DNA from: an uncultured Gammaproteobacteria bacterium
GTDB taxonomy: Bacteria; Patescibacteriota; Microgenomatia; Levybacterales; UBA12049
DNA: 36,736 nucleotides
Reading direction: 5' to 3'
Assembly: GCA_964406285.1 (NCBI GenBank)
Contig: CAYORA010000004.1
Coordinates: forward strand, 1 to 36,736
How positions within the stretch are numbered: position 1 is the first letter of the stretch; the number at the start of each line of letters is the position of its first letter. Under the pieces are notes generated by a model, which saw only the letters and a program-made list of their open reading frames with translations, made no database searches and was not told where the DNA came from. The position numbers and the translations under genes are program-made. Below, piece by piece: positions 8,861 through 17,681 of the stretch.

Positions 8861-9679
8861 ATGGATACAACGCAAGACGCAGTAATTACAGAACTTGAAG
8901 TAGGAATGCTTCAAAGTAACCCGCTCCAACCAAGAGGAATTATTTCTCCCGATTCACTAACAGAACTAGCAGACTCCATTAGAGAACAGGGTGTTCTTGA
9001 GCCAATAGTTGTCGCAAGTACCCCAGCAGGGTACCAGATTATTGCAGGAGAGAGGCGCTGGAGAGCTTCTAAGCTAGTTGGGCTTGCAAAAGTACCAGTC
9101 GTTATAAAAAAGACCTCGCCTCAGCAAATGCTTGAAATGGCAATCGTGGAAAACGTTCAGAGAGAAGATCTTAACCCAATCGAAAGAGCACAGGCTTATA
9201 AAAGATTAATTGACGAATTCGGATTAGGAACAAATGAAGTCGCTAGAAAAGTTGGAAAGAGTGCCCCTACGGTTTCTAACACTATCCGTTTACTTTCCCT
9301 TCCAGATGCTATTAAAGACGCACTTGTTGCTGGCGTTATTACTGAGGGGCACGTTAGACCCCTAATTTCAGTAGGGGACAGCAAGATGATGCTTGAGCTT
9401 TTTAAGAAAATTCTTAAAGATAATAGCACGGTAAGACAGACCGAGGATATGGCGCGTCAAGTTAAAGGTGAAGTTGAACAAAGAGCTCCTAAAAAAACCG
9501 ATAAGCTTTGGGTGCCTGAATTAGATGAGATGGCAAAAAATATTAAAGAAAAAAGATCAGTGGATAAGGTTTCAATATTCCAGTCCCGATCTAAAGCTAG
9601 AGTAGTAATTGAAATAGGTGGAGATGTAGAAATTACTGGGCCAAAAGTACAAGAGATAGTTTCTCTTCTTACTGCTTAA
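8861..9679 (+). CDS. parB: ParB/Spo0J chromosome-partitioning protein
   Basis: ParB box motifs LQPRG...LADSIREQGVLEPIVV and GERRWRASKLVGL, plus an HTH (NEVARKVGKSAPTVSNTIRLLSLP). No parA gene is adjacent. Confidence 0.9.
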   Translation: MDTTQDAVITELEVGMLQSNPLQPRGIISPDSLTELADSIREQGVLEPIVVASTPAGYQIIAGERRWRASKLVGLAKVPVVIKKTSPQQMLEMAIVENVQREDLNPIERAQAYKRLIDEFGLGTNEVARKVGKSAPTVSNTIRLLSLPDAIKDALVAGVITEGHVRPLISVGDSKMMLELFKKILKDNSTVRQTEDMARQVKGEVEQRAPKKTDKLWVPELDEMAKNIKEKRSVDKVSIFQSRSKARVVIEIGGDVEITGPKVQEIVSLLTA

Positions 9680-10251
9680 TACGGATTAGTAATTAACCCC
9701 GCATCAGATACAGGCCAATAGATTAATTTTGATATTCCAATAATATTTTTCTTCGGAACAAATCCCCATTCTCTAGAGTCTGAGCTGTAAGAACGGTTAT
9801 CGCCAAGTACAAAGAAATAACCTTCAGGAACTGTAACAGCTTGTCCTTCCTTAAGAAACGAACCTCCATAAGTTTTTACTGATGAATCCAGGTATTTACT
9901 CTCATCGAGTAATTTTCCGTTTAAATAAACTCTTCCATCCTGAACTGATACCTGGTCACCCTTCACACCAATTATACGTTTAATGAAGTCTTTATCTGGT
10001 TCATTTGGTGCTTTAAATACAACTACTTCACCTAGTTTTGGATCTCCCAGTTTAAGGCTTATAATGTCTGTAATTAAGTATTGATGGTTGTGAAGATTTG
10101 GATACATGCTTTCGCCATTTACCTCAAATGGTCGAAACAAAAACATGTATACAACTACAAACGCAGCTGCTGCTAGGATTAGGGTTTGGAGTATGTCTAA
10201 AAGGAAAAAATAGGCCTTTCTGAGGGCTTCCATATCAATTAATTCTCCCAT
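9676..10251 (-). CDS. lepB: signal peptidase I
   Basis: N-terminal TM helix, catalytic Ser box GESMYPNL, Lys box KRIIGVKGD, and VLGDNRSYSSDSREWGFV. Its stop codon and the parB stop share the tetranucleotide TTAA (9676-9679). Confidence 0.92.
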   Translation of the reverse strand: MGELIDMEALRKAYFFLLDILQTLILAAAAFVVVYMFLFRPFEVNGESMYPNLHNHQYLITDIISLKLGDPKLGEVVVFKAPNEPDKDFIKRIIGVKGDQVSVQDGRVYLNGKLLDESKYLDSSVKTYGGSFLKEGQAVTVPEGYFFVLGDNRSYSSDSREWGFVPKKNIIGISKLIYWPVSDAGLITNPY

Positions 10252-10263
10252 TCTAGCCTTGCT

Positions 10264-10292
10264 TTGTCAAATAGAAAAAGGTATTCTATTTA
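10264..10292 (+). promoter_or_regulatory. promoter TTGTCA-N17-TATTTA, 6 nt upstream of ATG 10299 (leaderless configuration)
   Basis: -35 at 10264-10269, -10 at 10287-10292, then gcaaacATG. Confidence 0.45.
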
Positions 10293-10298
10293 GCAAAC

Positions 10299-11654
10299 AT
10301 GCCTCGTTTTTTTGAGAAAAATAAGTACTGGATTATATTTCATTCTCTGATTACTTTTATTCTTCTTCTTGTATTTTTTCTTGAGTTTAAAGTCGTAGGC
10401 CAAAGTGTTTATGGTGATGCCAGGTATTATATAGGATTTACCCGTTCAATTTATTTCTCTCAGAATATTGATATAACGGATGAAATCGCTCATTATTGGA
10501 GCCCGGAAAGTAATAATAAACCAGCAAGTTTTGATTCAGTTCCAGAACTAAAAAATGTGATTAAAGTAACAACGCACAACTTTTCTTTAGGAATTTCAGT
10601 GATTTGGCTACCGATTTATTTTATTGCAGACATTTTAGTAATTTTAGCTTCTAAGTTTAATCCCACAATAGTTAGGAATGGATACAGCGATATATATCAA
10701 ATAATTTTAGGGATGGGAAATATCTTGTTTGTGGTTAGCGGATTAATAATTATCTCGAAAATTTTGTCAAACTTTTATTCAAGGTTTGTTAGTAGCATGG
10801 CGATTATTTCAATTCTATTTACTACTAACCTTTTTTATTATTCAGCAATTGATGTAGTAAATACCCATCCATTTTCTTTTTTAGGAACATCATCCCTTTT
10901 ATATTTGTTTTTTAAACATAAGGAGAAGAAAAATATTAAATTATTATTTATCCAAGGAATAATTTTAGGATTGTTAACTGCAAATAGAATGCAGGATGGA
11001 ATTCTTATTTTGATTCCGTTATTTACAGTTTTTAGTAATTTAAAAATAAAAAAAATCAAACTTAAGTCAGTTGCAGTAAGTTTAATAATTACAGGAGCTG
11101 GTGGATTAGTTGGATATCTACCGCAATTAATTTTATTATTCTTGGGTCAGGGTAAATTCTTATTAATTCCTCATTTGGTAAAAGCTGAAAATGATTTTTC
11201 ATTATTATCGCATTTATCAGATATTTTTGTTGACCAAAAACTAGGAATACTATTCTACATGCCTTCCTTAATTTTTTCATTCGTAGGATTGTATCTTTTG
11301 AGAAATAAAAAGAAAATCGGAGCATCATTATATTTAACAATTTTATTTTTAGTTATAGCTCTTATTTCAAGTTATGACGGATGGAATGTCGCTGGGTATA
11401 CCGCTAGATATTTTATAAGTATATTTCCAATTCTTGTATTTGGATTTGCAGAAGTAATAAATATTATTAATAAAAAATATTCAAAAATATTTTTGTATTT
11501 TGTAATTTTAATTTTTATTTTTCATCAAGGAATAAGCATTCTCTCGTTTAAATTATTCTGGCAAGACCCAACATATGTCGGTTCAGAATTATCACAGTCC
11601 GGGAAGATCAAGATGAAAGTTTTAGAAACGGTTACAAGGCATCTTTCAATGTAA
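10299..11654 (+). CDS. polytopic membrane protein, GT-C-like glycosyltransferase (ArnT/PMT-like)
   Basis: At least 10 hydrophobic segments. The first loop after TM1 carries an acidic/aromatic motif, YGDARYY, like the catalytic first external loop of GT-C enzymes. The fold assignment is inferred. Confidence 0.6.
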   Translation: MPRFFEKNKYWIIFHSLITFILLLVFFLEFKVVGQSVYGDARYYIGFTRSIYFSQNIDITDEIAHYWSPESNNKPASFDSVPELKNVIKVTTHNFSLGISVIWLPIYFIADILVILASKFNPTIVRNGYSDIYQIILGMGNILFVVSGLIIISKILSNFYSRFVSSMAIISILFTTNLFYYSAIDVVNTHPFSFLGTSSLLYLFFKHKEKKNIKLLFIQGIILGLLTANRMQDGILILIPLFTVFSNLKIKKIKLKSVAVSLIITGAGGLVGYLPQLILLFLGQGKFLLIPHLVKAENDFSLLSHLSDIFVDQKLGILFYMPSLIFSFVGLYLLRNKKKIGASLYLTILFLVIALISSYDGWNVAGYTARYFISIFPILVFGFAEVINIINKKYSKIFLYFVILIFIFHQGISILSFKLFWQDPTYVGSELSQSGKIKMKVLETVTRHLSM

Positions 11655-11660
11655 ATATTA

Positions 11661-11669
11661 TGATAGAAT
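11661..11669 (+). promoter_or_regulatory. extended -10 box TGaTAGAAT, 9 nt upstream of ATG 11679 (leaderless configuration)
   Basis: taTGATAGAATtattgactaATG. Confidence 0.45.
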
Positions 11670-11678
11670 TATTGACTA

Positions 11679-12509
11679 ATGAGAGAAGTTGATATATCTA
11701 TAATATTTGTTTATTACAATACTCCAAGAGAAATCTTAAATGCTGTTAAGTCTGTAAAGAAAGCATGCGAAAAATATAATTACGAAGTAATAATCGTTGA
11801 TAACGATTCTAAAGAAAAAATACCTCCTGAAATTCATAAGTTTGAAAAGGTAAAATATATAAGAAATAAAAATATCGGGTATGGTTTGGGATTAAACAAA
11901 GGCGCTGAAAATGCAAAAGGAAAATATCTTCTTTTTTCAAATTCAGATCTGTTATTCACGCCAGGGTCTATTGAGAAGATGATTGATAAGCTTGAATCAG
12001 ATTTAGCGATCGGAATAATTGGCCCTGCATTTTTAGACAAAAATAAAAAGATTAGAAAAGTTGGAAATAGTATGCCCTTTTTCCCTCAGGTTATTTTTGC
12101 ACTTTCATCGTTGAATAAGCTTTTTCCTAGTAATTATTTTTCAAATAAATATTTTCTTAAAGAATTTGATAGAAAAAGCGAAAGGGAGATTCCAGTTATT
12201 TGTGGAGCATGTATGATGATTAGGAAAAACATCTTTAAAGAGATCGGAAAATTTGATAAAAGATTTTTTATGTATTTTGAAGAAGCTGATATTTGCTATC
12301 GAGTGTCTAAGAAAGGATTAAGAGTGTTATATTATCCAAGTTCAAAAGTGATTCATTATGTTGGCAGGAGTTCTGCTAATTTGAAATGGATCGAGAAAAC
12401 ATTTGAAAAAAGTAGATTTGAATTTTTAAAAAAATATTACGGAGTATATTTAGGAACATTTTTTGAAGTAATTATAAGAACCATAAATCTGCCCGCTAGC
12501 TTTATATGA
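11679..12509 (+). CDS. GT2-family glycosyltransferase (rhamnosyltransferase-like)
   Basis: ISIIFVYYNTP...VIIVDNDSKE, FSNSDLLF (DxD-like), CGACMMIRK, FFMYFEEADICYR. This is the typical soluble GT-A/GT2 layout. Confidence 0.85.
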   Translation: MREVDISIIFVYYNTPREILNAVKSVKKACEKYNYEVIIVDNDSKEKIPPEIHKFEKVKYIRNKNIGYGLGLNKGAENAKGKYLLFSNSDLLFTPGSIEKMIDKLESDLAIGIIGPAFLDKNKKIRKVGNSMPFFPQVIFALSSLNKLFPSNYFSNKYFLKEFDRKSEREIPVICGACMMIRKNIFKEIGKFDKRFFMYFEEADICYRVSKKGLRVLYYPSSKVIHYVGRSSANLKWIEKTFEKSRFEFLKKYYGVYLGTFFEVIIRTINLPASFI

Positions 12510-13510
12510 AAATAGTTTTCTTAACTAGAAGATTCTGGCCGGACAGAGGTGGGGTGGAGAAGCATGTTCATGAAATTTCCAAAATCCTAATCAAAAAAGG
12601 ACATATTGTAACTGTTGTTACGGAGTCTGAGGGTAATTCTTTGGAAATCGATAAGATAAAAGTTGTAAGAATACCTGATCTCCCAACAGGTAAAAAAAGA
12701 AAATTTTATATTTGGTTATGGATAATAAAAAACCGAGAAATATTTCAGACTGCAGATGTCATTCATGCGCATGATGTGTATTATCAGTATTTTCCGCTTA
12801 AACTTACCTTTCTGAGTAAAAAAAGTTTTATAACTTTTCATGGGTACGAAACTTATCCAATAACAAAAAAGGCAATACTAATTAGAAAAATCTCTGAGAA
12901 ATTAGCCACAGGAAATATAATAGTTGGGAGTTTTATGAAGAAGTGGTATGGGGTAAAACCCACTTTCATAATTTATGGAGGAGTTAAGCTTCCTAAGAAA
13001 AATACAAAATCCAGGAAATTAAATTCTGCAATATTTATTGGTAGACTTGATGAGCATACTGGAATTATGGAGTATGCTAAAGCTGTCGAGAAAATAAAGA
13101 AAACAAATCCAAATTTTAGCCTAAAGATTCTTGGAGATGGTCCTTATCTTAAGCGTTTAAGTAAGTTTAGGCCAATAGGATTTAAAGAAAATTCCAGTGA
13201 TTATTTACCAAAATATAACTTTGCATTTGTAAGTCGTTATCTTGCGATTCTGGAAGCACTTTCCTGCAAAAGATTAGTATTTGCTTTATATGATAATCCT
13301 GTTAAGAAAGATTATTTAGAAATGACACCTTTCATAAATTTTATAATTACAGCGGACTCTTCTGAAAAATTGGTAAGGAAAATAAGATATTTCCAGAAAA
13401 ATCCAAAACAAGCAAATAAATTTATAAATGCAGGATATAAGTGGGTTAAAGATCAAACATGGGAAAACGTAACTGACACATATTTAAAACTTTGGAGAAA
13501 GCGAAGATAA
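12506..13510 (+). CDS. GT-B fold glycosyltransferase (GT4-like)
   Basis: MKIVFLTRRFWPDRGGVEKHVHEISK is a GT4-type N-terminus, and the C-terminal half has FIGRLDEHTG...ILEALSCKRLVFA. ATGA overlap with the upstream GT2 stop. Confidence 0.7.
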   Translation: MKIVFLTRRFWPDRGGVEKHVHEISKILIKKGHIVTVVTESEGNSLEIDKIKVVRIPDLPTGKKRKFYIWLWIIKNREIFQTADVIHAHDVYYQYFPLKLTFLSKKSFITFHGYETYPITKKAILIRKISEKLATGNIIVGSFMKKWYGVKPTFIIYGGVKLPKKNTKSRKLNSAIFIGRLDEHTGIMEYAKAVEKIKKTNPNFSLKILGDGPYLKRLSKFRPIGFKENSSDYLPKYNFAFVSRYLAILEALSCKRLVFALYDNPVKKDYLEMTPFINFIITADSSEKLVRKIRYFQKNPKQANKFINAGYKWVKDQTWENVTDTYLKLWRKRR

Positions 13511-13525
13511 TTATTTTTTCTTCGC
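13501..13525. terminator. hairpin GCGAAGA-N11-TCTTCGC enclosing both stop codons of a convergent gene pair (possible bidirectional terminator)
   Basis: 7-bp stem (13501-13507 and 13519-13525). The loop taattattttt contains TAA (+) and TTA (= TAA on the minus strand). T-rich sequence follows on the minus strand. Weak by canonical standards. Confidence 0.25.
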
Positions 13526-14935
13526 GATTATCACGACGTAAGTAAATAAATCTCTTGGACCAAAGCTAAATTTTTCTAGTTCAAATCCTGATTTTAGTAG
13601 AAGATTTTTAATTTGCTTTTTAGATTTTACCTTTGTTATTTCTTCGGGATGAAGTCTAATTTTTTTACCTAAAATATCATTTAGAATGAAATGCATCGAG
13701 TTTAGAAATAATACACTTATTCCAAACGCAGGAGGCCAGAAGAGGACAATTTTTCCTTCTTTTTTTAGAACTCTTTTAAATTCCTTTAAGATGCTTAAAA
13801 TTTCTTTTTCTGTAAAATGTTCCATAACTCCTAAGTTGTAAATACCGTCAAAACTTTCTTTTTTTGCTGGTATTCTAAAGATGCTTCCGTGGATGATTTC
13901 ACACCTGTCTTTGTACAGGCGTTTATAGAGATTAAGAGCACCTGTTGAGATATCAAGTGCTGTAACATTTATATATTTAATAATGTCAGCATCCACCTGG
14001 CCACCACCAGAACCTGCATGGAGAACATTAGAGCCTTTCTTAAAAGTATTTTTTATATGACGGTTTAAATTCTGCCTAATGATATATTTACGATAAAAAA
14101 TTGCCACTGTATCATAAAGAATTTTTCTATTTCTTTTATCAAACTTCCAATATTCATCCCATTCATCTTCAACGCTTGATCTAAATTTACCTGGGGTTAG
14201 TAATTGTGGAGTATAAAGGAACAGATCTTGATACGTATTAAATAAGTAAAATGTTTTTAATAATAAAATCAGGCTTGTGTAAATATCCTTAAAAGTCATT
14301 TTGGAGTTTCCATAAGTTCGCGCTGGTAATTCAATAGAGATTTCTGAGATTTTAAATTTATTAACATGTAGAAAGAACATGCTTTCAAAAAAGAAAGAAT
14401 AACTATTAGATTCAATCTTCGAAAATATATCTTTAGGAATTTGTTCTAAATTATAAAGTCTGAATGCGCTTGTAGCGTCGTATGGTATTTTTAAGAGCTT
14501 TTTTGTTAAAAAGTGTGCAGTTAGTGTTAAAGATTTTCTAACTACATTCCATTCAGATAGACTATTTTTAGAAATATATCTGGATCCTACTATCACGTCA
14601 CCAGTATTTTTTTTAATTAAAAATCTTTTTATGTCTTCAGGTTTGTGAGTGAAATCTGAATCCATCGTAATTAGATTTTTATATTTATTTAAATACGCAA
14701 AGCTAATTGCGTCTTTATGAGCGCTTCCTATTCCTAGTTTTCTTTTTCTAAATAATAAAAAAACAGAAGAGTCTTTCTTTATTAAATCTTTAATAATTTT
14801 AGTAGTGCCATCTTTTGAGTTATCATCTATAAACAAAATATCTGAAGTAATTTTTGTTTTTTTTATTCGGGTGTAAATTGTTAAGATATTATTCTTTTCG
14901 TTATAGGTGGGGATTGCTATAAGAACTTTTTTCAT
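13511..14935 (-). CDS. fusion protein: DPM1-like polyprenyl-phosphate glycosyltransferase (GT2) plus class I SAM methyltransferase
   Basis: N-terminal half: IAIPTYNEKNNI, FIDDNSKDGT, MDSDFTHKPEDI, GSRY, DATSAFRLY, RTYGNSKM (dolichyl/polyprenyl-phosphate sugar synthase pattern). C-terminal half: VLHAGSGGGQVD (SAM motif I), ALDIS, FDGIYNLGVMEHF, LKKEGKIVLFWPP. An SD-like AAGGAAA lies 7 nt upstream of the ATG. Confidence 0.8.
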   Translation of the reverse strand: MKKVLIAIPTYNEKNNILTIYTRIKKTKITSDILFIDDNSKDGTTKIIKDLIKKDSSVFLLFRKRKLGIGSAHKDAISFAYLNKYKNLITMDSDFTHKPEDIKRFLIKKNTGDVIVGSRYISKNSLSEWNVVRKSLTLTAHFLTKKLLKIPYDATSAFRLYNLEQIPKDIFSKIESNSYSFFFESMFFLHVNKFKISEISIELPARTYGNSKMTFKDIYTSLILLLKTFYLFNTYQDLFLYTPQLLTPGKFRSSVEDEWDEYWKFDKRNRKILYDTVAIFYRKYIIRQNLNRHIKNTFKKGSNVLHAGSGGGQVDADIIKYINVTALDISTGALNLYKRLYKDRCEIIHGSIFRIPAKKESFDGIYNLGVMEHFTEKEILSILKEFKRVLKKEGKIVLFWPPAFGISVLFLNSMHFILNDILGKKIRLHPEEITKVKSKKQIKNLLLKSGFELEKFSFGPRDLFTYVVIIAKKK

Positions 14936-14960
14936 CTATATTTCCTTTTATCAATAGTTG

Positions 14961-14969
14961 ATTCTAGCA
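14961..14969 (-). promoter_or_regulatory. extended -10 box TGcTAGAAT, 25 nt upstream of ATG 14935 (leadered, with an AAGGAAA SD)
   Basis: The minus strand reads cTGCTAGAATcaactattgataaaaggaaatatagATG. Confidence 0.45.
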
Positions 14970-15033
14970 GAACCAATTTGATAATTCTATGTAGATTTAA
15001 TTGAAACAGCAAGCTTTATGATATTTTAAAATT

Positions 15034-15921
15034 ATGAAAACAGAAAAAATAATTTGTCCAGTTTGTAATTCGAATGAAATAAAAATACTAAGACCAAGCG
15101 AAGTAAATCCAAAAAAAATCTCATTTACGTACAAATTTACAAAGGAAACTAAAAAAACCTTTCAAGTAAACAGATGTTCGAATTGTTCACATATTTTTTG
15201 TTACCCACTTCCTAAAAACATATATAAAAATTATAAAGATGTTGTAGATCAGGTTTATTTAAAATATTCTGAATCCAGAAAGCAATCTGCAGAAGAAATC
15301 TTAAAAAAATTAAATATGTATAAAAGCCATGGACGCATTCTTGATATAGGATGTGCTACGGGTGATTTTCTTCTTGTAGCGAAAGAAGCAGGTTATGAGG
15401 TTGAAGGATTAGAGCTTTCAAAATGGTCATCAAAAATCGCAGAAAAAAAAGGATTAAAAGTTTACAGAGATACAATGAAAGTTCTGTCAAAAAAATATCC
15501 ACGTCGTTATGATCTGATTACAATGTGGGGTGTAATTGAGCATTTCGAATATCCCTCTGAGGAAATGATTTATATTAACAAACTTCTTAAAAAAAATGGC
15601 ATACTTGCTCTTTGGACTGGAGATGTTGATAGTATTACCAGTAAATTATTAGGGAAGAATTGGTGGTATTGGCAAGGCCAACACATACAGTATTTTACTG
15701 GGAAAAGTATGGATATCCTAACAAAGAAGTCAGGTATTAAGCATTTGAAAACTTATTTATATCCTCAAGCAATGAATCTTAATCAACTAAATGATTCATT
15801 AAGAAGATATGCACATAGAAATTTAATTTTAGTTTTTATAAAGCCATTTTTTCTAATAAAACATATTTGGTATTTAAGAATTCCAGGGGAGATGTTATGG
15901 ATTGGAAGGAAAATTAAATAA
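15034..15921 (+). CDS. SAM-dependent methyltransferase with N-terminal 4-Cys zinc ribbon
   Basis: CPVCNS...CSNCSH, then SAM motif I ILDIGCATGDFL, YDLITMWGVIEHF, and LKKNGILALWTGD. Confidence 0.8.
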   Translation: MKTEKIICPVCNSNEIKILRPSEVNPKKISFTYKFTKETKKTFQVNRCSNCSHIFCYPLPKNIYKNYKDVVDQVYLKYSESRKQSAEEILKKLNMYKSHGRILDIGCATGDFLLVAKEAGYEVEGLELSKWSSKIAEKKGLKVYRDTMKVLSKKYPRRYDLITMWGVIEHFEYPSEEMIYINKLLKKNGILALWTGDVDSITSKLLGKNWWYWQGQHIQYFTGKSMDILTKKSGIKHLKTYLYPQAMNLNQLNDSLRRYAHRNLILVFIKPFFLIKHIWYLRIPGEMLWIGRKIK

Positions 15922-17664
15922 TTATTTTCTTTTAACAAATGCACGAAATAAAAATAGAAATAGAGCCGCAAAAACTCCAATACTTAAATATTTAAATTGT
16001 TTGTAAATACTTATGTCAGAATATTTTAGTTCAATTTTCTGCAGTCCTCTAGGAAGTTTCGCATTTATTACACCTCTTTCTCCCGGATAAATATTTACCT
16101 TTTTACCATTTGATCTCAGTTCCCATCCTGGATAAAAAAGTGTGTTTTCTTTTATTATTAAAGGAGTTTTTGCATCTATAATATAAATGTGCCTCGTGGA
16201 GTTTCTAGAAATTTCTTCTATGTCCGCTTGACCTTGCAGGATTTCTAAATGTGATTTTGGTAGCTCGGAAAACCAAAAATTATCATGATCTGCCCATTTA
16301 TTGTTTAAGAAATAAGCAACTCTTCCCTCGTCCTTTGTGCTCTCCCAAACATAATCTCGTAAATTTGCATCCGTAATTGTAGAAATTACTGTTCTATGAC
16401 CCCAGTTTAATATTGTATAGAGAACAGTGATAATTAAAAGCGCGTAAATTATTCTTTTTGTTTTAGCGTTATAGAAATTAAGTATAAAGAAGCCTGCAAG
16501 AACAGAAGTTGTAAATGCAATTGGTAAAAGGAGTCTTCCGGTTGGGGGGAACATCCAAAAGAGCGGAAATAATTTCCATATAAAAAATGATCCTGGGTGC
16601 ATTAGAAAAAGAAAAATAAAAAATAATACTAACCAAAAAATAAAATCCTTTTTGAATATTGGTTTTATTTTCTTCCTAAATAGCGCAATTATACTTATAA
16701 AAATAATTAATAATTGCGTGTATCCTATTATAAGAGCAAGCTCACCGTAATGACCTTGAAAAAGAAAACCTAATTTCCAGGGAGAGTAAAACAACTGATG
16801 AAATGGATAAAAATAAAGTTCACTACTTGGATATGGATAAATGTAAGGCGCATAAATAATGAATGAAGACCATAAGTAAATTGATGAAAGGCATCCAAGA
16901 ATAAGCATTGCTAAAATATTCATAAATTTTCTCTTACCTTTTCTAAGGCAATAAAAAACAGAGTATAAAAACATAATTCCTACAATTGTTAAAGCCATTA
17001 AGGGATGTGCCTGGAAAAGAATTGCAGTAAAAATTCCAAGTAGAATTAAATGAATTATTTGTTTTGAGTTAAAATACTTAATTAAGAAATAAAATGTAAG
17101 AGGGGCAAGTGTAAAAATGGTAGATTCGCCAAGGGTTGCGCGAAAATGGACATCAATAAGATGATAAGGATTAAAAATATAAAAAATTCCAGAAGAAAAT
17201 GCTGCAAGCCTATTATTAGTTAGGTCTTTTATAAATAAATACATAAAAATTCCTGAAAAAAATAAGCTTAAGCCCAAGTAAATTTTCATACTCAGAATAA
17301 AGCTGAAACCTAAAAAATGAAAAAAGGAAACCAAATAATATGGAAGGGAATAGTTAAAAATAAAGAGTGGATTTCCGTATGTTGCGTTTAATTCTCCCGC
17401 CCAAGAGGGAATTAGATTGCCCTCACGAAGAGAATCATAAAAAGCCATAATTCTATAAATGTGAACATTAAAATCTCCACTTTCATAATCACCTGGCCTC
17501 AAAAGGCTTAATAGCGGAAGAATCGAAACCAGAATCAAGATCTTGAAGAGACTTATTTCTTTTTTAGGATAAATATATTTATAAATTAAAAGTCCAACAG
17601 TTAATAATAAAATCCCAGTTATACTTAAGAGGACAGTTCTGTATGGATCAGAGAACATGAGCAT
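15922..17664 (-). CDS. large polytopic membrane protein, GT-C-like (YfhO/PTPS-related-like)
   Basis: About 14 hydrophobic segments followed by a C-terminal extracytoplasmic domain. The first loop has GDYESGDFNVHIYRIMAFYDSLREGNLIPSW...GNPLFIFNYSLPYY. Alternative start ATG 17658 lies 6 nt downstream of a TATAAT box. Confidence 0.55.
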   Translation of the reverse strand: MLMFSDPYRTVLLSITGILLLTVGLLIYKYIYPKKEISLFKILILVSILPLLSLLRPGDYESGDFNVHIYRIMAFYDSLREGNLIPSWAGELNATYGNPLFIFNYSLPYYLVSFFHFLGFSFILSMKIYLGLSLFFSGIFMYLFIKDLTNNRLAAFSSGIFYIFNPYHLIDVHFRATLGESTIFTLAPLTFYFLIKYFNSKQIIHLILLGIFTAILFQAHPLMALTIVGIMFLYSVFYCLRKGKRKFMNILAMLILGCLSSIYLWSSFIIYAPYIYPYPSSELYFYPFHQLFYSPWKLGFLFQGHYGELALIIGYTQLLIIFISIIALFRKKIKPIFKKDFIFWLVLFFIFLFLMHPGSFFIWKLFPLFWMFPPTGRLLLPIAFTTSVLAGFFILNFYNAKTKRIIYALLIITVLYTILNWGHRTVISTITDANLRDYVWESTKDEGRVAYFLNNKWADHDNFWFSELPKSHLEILQGQADIEEISRNSTRHIYIIDAKTPLIIKENTLFYPGWELRSNGKKVNIYPGERGVINAKLPRGLQKIELKYSDISIYKQFKYLSIGVFAALFLFLFRAFVKRK

Positions 17665-17670
17665 ATTATA
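17665..17670 (-). promoter_or_regulatory. TATAAT box abutting ATG 17664 and 6 nt upstream of ATG 17658
   Basis: The minus strand reads tcgTATAATATGctcATG. Confidence 0.35.
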
Positions 17671-17681
17671 CGAGATTTATT

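Noticed and set aside
8861-9679. parS site (TGTTNCACGTGAAACA-like) in or near parB, and clustered DnaA boxes that would suggest an origin.
   Set aside because: I saw only loose partial matches, for example tggaaaacgttca near 9141 and tatccacc near 3325. None is close to consensus and none is clustered. A proper pattern search is needed before any claim.
13506-15935. Shared sequence ATAATTATTTT(T)TCTT at two convergent junctions (13506 and 15917), as a possible repeat or terminator motif.
   Set aside because: Coding explains it. Both plus-strand genes end in TAA, and both minus-strand proteins end in Lys/Arg-rich tails (..AKKK*, ..VKRK*), which produces TTA-TTTTTTCTT-like sequence.
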